From assembly GCA_038150265.1 (NCBI GenBank), contig JAYOTF010000053.1:1-14632 (forward strand): DNA of 14,632 nucleotides, given 5' to 3'. Positions within the stretch are counted from its first letter, which is position 1. Every line of letters begins with the position of its first letter. Source of the stretch: Deltaproteobacteria bacterium (GTDB lineage: Bacteria > SAR324 > NAC60-12). This document shows positions 9,970 to 14,632 of the stretch, piece after piece. The notes under the pieces are model-generated. The model ran no database searches, was not told the origin of the DNA, and saw nothing but the letters and a program-made list of their open reading frames with translations. Both the position numbers and the translations under genes were made by a program.

Positions 9970-10964
9970 GAGACACCACCATGACCGATACTCCGATTGT
10001 CATCACCATGGGCGACCCATCGGGAGTGGGCGCCGAAGTCATCGTCAAGGCGATGGCTGCCCTTTCTCCAGACGCACGCCAGCGCTACGCCGTCATCGGC
10101 GACACGGCGGTGCTTCAGCGGGCCATTGCCGTCTGTGGCCTCAGCCTGCCGCTGCACCCCTACGGTCAGAACGCTCCTGCCGACTCCATCGCCGTGATCG
10201 AGGTCCCGGTAGCCGGGCTGCCCGACCGCTTTGGCGTGCTGGCTCCGGAGTGTGGCGAGGCCGCGTTTCGCTACATCGAGCAAGCGGTGCAGATGACCTC
10301 GGCGGGGCAAGCAAAGATGATCGTGACCGCTCCCATCAACAAGGAAGCCCTCAACCGCGCCGGGCATCACTATGACGGCCACACCGGCATGCTCACCGCG
10401 TTGACCCAGGCCCCCAGCTCCCGGATGCTGCTGGCTTCGGAGACCCTGAATGTGCTCCACGTGACCGCTCACGTTGCCCTGAAGGATGCCGTCGACCGAG
10501 CCATGCCGGAACGGGTGCTGGAGACGATCTTAATGGGAGACCACCACCTGAAGCGAATGGGCCTGCCTGCCCCCCGGATTGCAGTGGCCGGCATCAACCC
10601 ACACTGTGGCGAGGCTGGACTGTTTGGGCTGGAAGATGAGCAGCAGCTGGTCCCAGCCATTCAAGCGGCTCAGGAGCAAGGCGTGAACGTCGTCGGCCCC
10701 ATTCCGGCAGACACGCTTTACTACCGGGCCCATCAGGGGGAATTTGACCTCGTGATCGCGCAGTACCACGACCAGGGACACATTCCGATCAAGCTGATCG
10801 CCTTTGACACGGCCGTCAATGTGACGCTGGGGCTGCCCATCGACCGCTGCTCCGTGGACCACGGAACGGCCTTCGACATTGCAGGAACCGGTCAGGCCAA
10901 CCACGTGAACATGCTGGCCGCGCTGGATTATGCAGGAAAGCTGGTGACGGAAGCCCGGAGCTGA
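9966..10964 (+). CDS. pdxA: PdxA-family dehydrogenase, by context PdxA2-like (tetronate 4-phosphate dehydrogenase)
   Basis: [61 protein letters not shown]. Neighbours a DUF1537 kinase. Alternative start at 9981. Confidence 0.93.
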   Translation: MRDTTMTDTPIVITMGDPSGVGAEVIVKAMAALSPDARQRYAVIGDTAVLQRAIAVCGLSLPLHPYGQNAPADSIAVIEVPVAGLPDRFGVLAPECGEAAFRYIEQAVQMTSAGQAKMIVTAPINKEALNRAGHHYDGHTGMLTALTQAPSSRMLLASETLNVLHVTAHVALKDAVDRAMPERVLETILMGDHHLKRMGLPAPRIAVAGINPHCGEAGLFGLEDEQQLVPAIQAAQEQGVNVVGPIPADTLYYRAHQGEFDLVIAQYHDQGHIPIKLIAFDTAVNVTLGLPIDRCSVDHGTAFDIAGTGQANHVNMLAALDYAGKLVTEARS

Positions 10965-10974
10965 ATCCGGGGCA

Positions 10975-11724
10975 TCAGTTCTTGGAAAGGCGGAGGTCGA
11001 TCAGGCCATCGCCAAACAGGCGGTTGCAGGAATGCTGCAGGTGGGCGCGCATCAGCGTTGCGGCCCGCTCGGCATCTCGAGCCTCAATGGCTGCAAGGAT
11101 CTCGCTGTGCTCGGCAAAGACCTCTTCGAGCGCAGCCGATCCGTCGGACATCAGCGTCTGGCCATGCATCTTCATGCCCACGTTAATGTGATCCCTCAAG
11201 GCACGTAAAGAGGCCTCGTAGTAGTGGTTGTTGGAAGCCCGGGCAATGCCGTGGTGGAAGGCAAAGTCGGCATCTTCCCGGTGAGAGAGGCTCCCGGTGG
11301 CCACACGCATCATCTCCAGAGCCTCACGGAGTTCTTCCAAAATGGCTCCGTTGTGCCGTTCGGCCGCCAGGGCGGCAGCGGCAGTTTCAATGGTAATCCG
11401 GAACTCATAGCAACGCTGCACATCCGCAAGGGTCTCGACCTTCGCAAACCCCACCGGCTTGACCGTCTCCACCCGAACAAAATTCCCGGCCCCCTGTCGT
11501 GTATAAATCACGCCCTCCTCACGCAGGTGCTTGAGCGCCTCACGGAGAACCGGACGCGACACCCCGAGTTCTTCAGCAAGGCTCGGCTCAGATGGCAGCC
11601 GCTGGTTGGCGGGGTAGTCGCCGTTGGAAATCCGTGTAAACAGCACGTGGTACACGCGATCCGCGAGGGGGCGGCTTTGTCGGGTTGAGGACTCCTTCGG
11701 GGTCCGTTGAGCCTCAGTCTTCAT
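10975..11724 (-). CDS. GntR family, FadR subfamily transcriptional regulator
   Basis: Winged HTH RLPSEPSLAEELGVSRPVLREAL...TRQGAGNFV; FCD domain DFAFHHGIARASNN and EHSEILAAI...MRAHL. ATG at 11724 with GGAGA RBS. Confidence 0.93.
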   Translation of the reverse strand: MKTEAQRTPKESSTRQSRPLADRVYHVLFTRISNGDYPANQRLPSEPSLAEELGVSRPVLREALKHLREEGVIYTRQGAGNFVRVETVKPVGFAKVETLADVQRCYEFRITIETAAAALAAERHNGAILEELREALEMMRVATGSLSHREDADFAFHHGIARASNNHYYEASLRALRDHINVGMKMHGQTLMSDGSAALEEVFAEHSEILAAIEARDAERAATLMRAHLQHSCNRLFGDGLIDLRLSKN

Positions 11725-11749
11725 TCCATATCTCCACAATCAAAAAGCG

Positions 11750-12778
11750 TTACGCGGGTTGCGTCAGTTGCTGCACCAGGTCCGTCAAGGTCTGCGGGGG
11801 GCCAAACCCTCCGGATTTGGTGATGAGGCCCAGCCCCCGGCGTCCGGTCAGGGCTCGGCAAAAGGGCAGGCCTGGCAGCACCTCCCCGTGAATTTCCAGC
11901 ACCCCGATGCCGAGTTGGGCCAGGACCGCTGAGGCCGTCTCCCCTCCGCTCACCATCAGGGTCGCCGGATGGGTCGCCTCCACCCAGGCCGCAACGCCTT
12001 GGGTAAACCGCTGCCCCACTTCCTCAGCTGGGCGTGCTGGAGAGGCTGCCGTCAGCTGCAGCAGCTGGTACCCTCCGTGCGGCAGAACCGGCTCCGGAAC
12101 GGCTCCGTTGGGAGCAGCGATGCTTTCCAGCGCTTGCAGTTGTGCCAGGGTCACCGGGTCTCGGGAACCGATCGCCAGCAGAGCCGGCGCTTCCGGAACC
12201 GGAAGGCGGGGCGCTTCAGGTGTGGGAGCCAGCGTCCGCGCCAGGGCTTCGGCCAACCCGGCGGCTCCAACCAGCAACGCGCCTGCGGGAGCCTGGGCCA
12301 GTCCGGCATCCAGTTGTGCATCAGACTCGGCATCCAGCACGTCTCTGGGGTCTCCTCCCACACGGGGCGCAACAGGGATCGGACGCGCCACTCCGCTTCC
12401 AGTCACAGCCCCCTGAACGACCAGGCGCCCCAGGCGAGGAATCGCGGGGCAGACGAGGCGGCTCTGTCCCGGACGTCGCAAGGCCTCCGTTTCCGCTGCC
12501 ACGTGCCCCTTCAGGCGACTGTCAATCTTCTTGAACACCCTTGCTCCCTCAGCATGACGCGCCAGCACCTGCTGAACAAAAGCCACCCGCTCCACGGCGG
12601 CAGCCTCCGGAATCTCCCGAGATCCTGTTGAGACCGCGACCACGCTTGCCCCCAACGCCAGCGCCGCCTCCAGGTCCTCGCCTGTGCGCGCACAGACGGT
12701 CCGGAGCCCCCGCACCGCAAAGGCCACCGCTGAGTCCAGGGCACCTGTCAGGTCATCGGCAATGACAACAACTTTCAC
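11750..12778 (-). CDS. Four-carbon acid sugar kinase family protein (DUF1537; DtnK/DenK/OtnK family)
   Basis: VIADDLTGALD, FKKIDSRLKG, CPAIPRLGR, SGGETA and ITKSGGFG are the family's hallmark motifs. GTG start. Confidence 0.92.
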   Translation of the reverse strand: MKVVVIADDLTGALDSAVAFAVRGLRTVCARTGEDLEAALALGASVVAVSTGSREIPEAAAVERVAFVQQVLARHAEGARVFKKIDSRLKGHVAAETEALRRPGQSRLVCPAIPRLGRLVVQGAVTGSGVARPIPVAPRVGGDPRDVLDAESDAQLDAGLAQAPAGALLVGAAGLAEALARTLAPTPEAPRLPVPEAPALLAIGSRDPVTLAQLQALESIAAPNGAVPEPVLPHGGYQLLQLTAASPARPAEEVGQRFTQGVAAWVEATHPATLMVSGGETASAVLAQLGIGVLEIHGEVLPGLPFCRALTGRRGLGLITKSGGFGPPQTLTDLVQQLTQPA

Positions 12779-12847
12779 GGATCTTTACTTCATCAAACGA
12801 CAAGGGACGCCCCTGCGGCCTCGTGAGCCTTCAAGGGTCTCGCCTCT

Positions 12848-12875
12848 AATTTACAAATTTTACATGTTTTCACAA
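12848..12875 (-). promoter_or_regulatory. Candidate promoter/operator for the kinase-regulator pair
   Basis: Isolated AT-rich patch; minus strand TTGTGA-N16-TAAATT, overlapping tandem TTTACA repeats. Confidence 0.45.
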
Positions 12876-12959
12876 GTCGCACTCGGGAATGGCGGCACAA
12901 CTTGGGAGGGAGGACCGGGAACAACAAGCAAGGACAGGAGGCTCAGGAGTCGAGGCGGG

Positions 12960-13868
12960 CTACACGCGGATGCCACTTTCGGGTTCCACACTAACCTCGC
13001 GGGCGCTGTTGGCCATGATCAGAGTGGCCGCAAAAATGACCCCGCCTCCGATCCAGGTGGTGAAGGAAACCCCTTGCCCCAGGAAGAGGTAGGCCAGCAG
13101 GGCCACAAAGGGAAGTCGCAGGAAGTCCAGGGGCGCAATCAGCGAGGCCTCTGCCAGGGAAAGGGCCTGGGTGACGCACCCCATGGAAACAGCCCCCAAC
13201 ACGCCCTGAAGGGCCAGGAGGACCCACTGCTCCGGAGTGGGGGCTTCCCAGACCCATGCGGCAAACACGGCGGCCAGGGGCACCGTGGCAATCAGGTTCC
13301 ACGCCACCAGGGTTCGGGTCCCATCCCGCCCCGACATCGGCTTCAGCATCAGCTGCACGGCCGCAGAGAAAAGCGCCCCCAACACGGCCAGCAGCAACCC
13401 GCTGGAAGGCAACCCGCCCTGTCCTGGACGCAACACCAGCAAAACGCCAAGAAAGCCCACGATCATGGCCAGGATCCGGAGCCGCTTGGGCCGCTCGCCC
13501 AACAGTCCCCACGCCCCGATGGTCACAAATAGAGGCGCCGTAAAGGCAATCGCCGTGACATCCGCCAACGGCGCCTGCGCAAAGGCGGCAAAGAATGACG
13601 TCAGCGCTGCCAGCTTCAGGGCGGCGCGCACCACATGCTGCATCCGGTACTGGGACCGGAGCAGGCGGGGACGTGTCACGATCCAGGGCACAATCGCGAT
13701 CAGGCCAAACAGGGCCCGGGTGAAGGAAATGATGAACGGGTGGACGTCTGGAGACACCGAACGCACAATCACCGCATCCACAGAGGCCAAAATGGCCACG
13801 ACCACCATCAGCAGCACCCCAGTCAGGGCTGCCCGATCACGGAGTCGCTCGAATTTGTTCAACACCAT
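12960..13868 (-). CDS. DMT superfamily (EamA-like) transporter
   Basis: 302 aa with about 10 hydrophobic segments; PLADVTAIAFTAPLF, LLGER, GFLGVLLVLRPG, AEASLIAPLDFLRLPF. Confidence 0.9.
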   Translation of the reverse strand: MVLNKFERLRDRAALTGVLLMVVVAILASVDAVIVRSVSPDVHPFIISFTRALFGLIAIVPWIVTRPRLLRSQYRMQHVVRAALKLAALTSFFAAFAQAPLADVTAIAFTAPLFVTIGAWGLLGERPKRLRILAMIVGFLGVLLVLRPGQGGLPSSGLLLAVLGALFSAAVQLMLKPMSGRDGTRTLVAWNLIATVPLAAVFAAWVWEAPTPEQWVLLALQGVLGAVSMGCVTQALSLAEASLIAPLDFLRLPFVALLAYLFLGQGVSFTTWIGGGVIFAATLIMANSAREVSVEPESGIRV

Positions 13869-14222
13869 CGTGTGCGTCGGTCTTCCGGACAGGTAAGGAA
13901 GGAGAAGAGGAGCGCCTTGATTGGGGCTCGGAACCAGGAGGCCTTCAGACTACTCGCATGCGGCTCAATAAGTCGAGGAAGATTCCAGACGCCTGAGCAA
14001 TCGTCTGAAACGACGCTCCGCTCCGTTCGCCTCCGGAGATTCCGCGGTTGGCCCCGAGGGCCCTCAAACGCCGGGCTCTTGCGCGGGCCCGCCTGTACCG
14101 AAGAGAACCAGGAGGTCCCCAACGCGGGGGCTTCCCTTGAACAGGCGCCTCCTGTTTCGCCGCAGGCTCAAGTTCCTCAACCCGCCCCGCTCCTTTTCAG
14201 GCGACGGTGATGCGATCACCTC

Positions 14223-14251
14223 TTGAGATTCCCATCATTTTTCTGCATACT
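14223..14251 (+). promoter_or_regulatory. Candidate sigma70 promoter upstream of the tRNA
   Basis: TTGAGA-N17-CATACT in an AT-rich patch about 130 nt before the tRNA. Confidence 0.45.
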
Positions 14252-14380
14252 TGGAAGTTGATCATCGTGGACCTTCTCCCCCTGTCGAACCTCCCCGGTT
14301 CTGACGCAAGGGTCCTGGATTCTCCCATCACGTCTGGGGCGCACGCTTCCGGCAGATGTGCTCAGACGCCTCCTGATGCG

Positions 14381-14455
14381 GCTCTCGTAGTTAAACGGAT
14401 ATAACATCGGATTCCGGTTCCGAGGTTCCAGGTTCGATTCCTGGCGAGAGCACCA
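14381..14455 (+). tRNA. tRNA-Arg (anticodon CCG)
   Basis: Cloverleaf: acceptor GCTCTCG/CGAGAGC, D stem GTTA/TAAC with A20, anticodon stem TCGGA/TCCGA with loop TTCCGGT, T arm CCAGG-TTCGATT-CCTGG, discriminator A and encoded CCA; 75 nt. Confidence 0.97.
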
Positions 14456-14535
14456 GATCCAGCCTGCAGGGGGCTCTTGAGGCGGATCCAGAACTTCCAT
14501 CCCAGCTCGTCACACAGTTCCACCAGACCGGTAAC

Positions 14536-14632
14536 GTGAACCCCCTTGTTGATGTCACCCTCCCGGTCTTTGGACTGATTGCCCTGGGGTGGGTGGCGGC
14601 CCGGAGGCATTGGGCTGGCCCGGCCATGATCG
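14536..14632 (+). CDS. 5' end of a probable AEC (auxin efflux carrier) family transporter, truncated by the window edge
   Basis: GTG at 14536 opens MNPLVDVTLPVFGLIALGWVAARRHWAGPAMI, matching the typical AEC N-terminus (lPvF.lI.lG...a.r). Too short for the ORF track. Confidence 0.7.
   Translation, partial: MNPLVDVTLPVFGLIALGWVAARRHWAGPAMI

Noticed and set aside
9966..10964. Housekeeping vitamin B6 biosynthesis role for the PdxA homologue
   Set aside because: The context (DUF1537 kinase, catabolic regulator; no surA, ksgA or pdxJ) fits catabolic PdxA2, though side activity on 4-phosphohydroxythreonine is not excluded.
14381..14530. tRNA as an integration site (att) for a genomic island
   Set aside because: No integrase and no duplicated tRNA 3' end in the window. 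The only echo is CACCAGA at 14521 (7 bp, chance level), and the cluster lies 5' of the tRNA.
14362..14627. Minus-strand ORFs overlapping the tRNA
   Set aside because: They are antisense to the tRNA and to the better-supported AEC gene start.

Overview
GC-rich bacterial window holding one apparently self-contained catabolic gene cluster, a tRNA gene and two partial flanking genes. A divergent control region (~8420-9085) drives two arms. The minus arm encodes an iron-containing alcohol dehydrogenase, a five-gene family-5 (Opp/Dpp-type) ABC importer and a cytoplasmic Asp-box (BNR, sialidase-like) beta-propeller protein. The plus arm encodes a DapA/NAL-family aldolase-like enzyme and a PdxA-family (PdxA2-like) dehydrogenase. 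Converging on these are a DUF1537 four-carbon acid-sugar kinase and a FadR/GntR regulator, preceded by an EamA/DMT transporter. The window ends with tRNA-Arg(CCG) and the start of an AEC-family transporter missed by the ORF track. The kinase plus PdxA2 pair matches known tetronate (D-threonate/D-erythronate) catabolism. The upstream module (peptide-type ABC importer, non-canonical sialidase-fold enzyme, aldolase, Fe-ADH) suggests an uncharacterised route feeding a larger acid sugar or conjugate into it; this is inference. No mobile element, CRISPR array or defence system is evident. All calls come from motif recognition by eye, without database searches.
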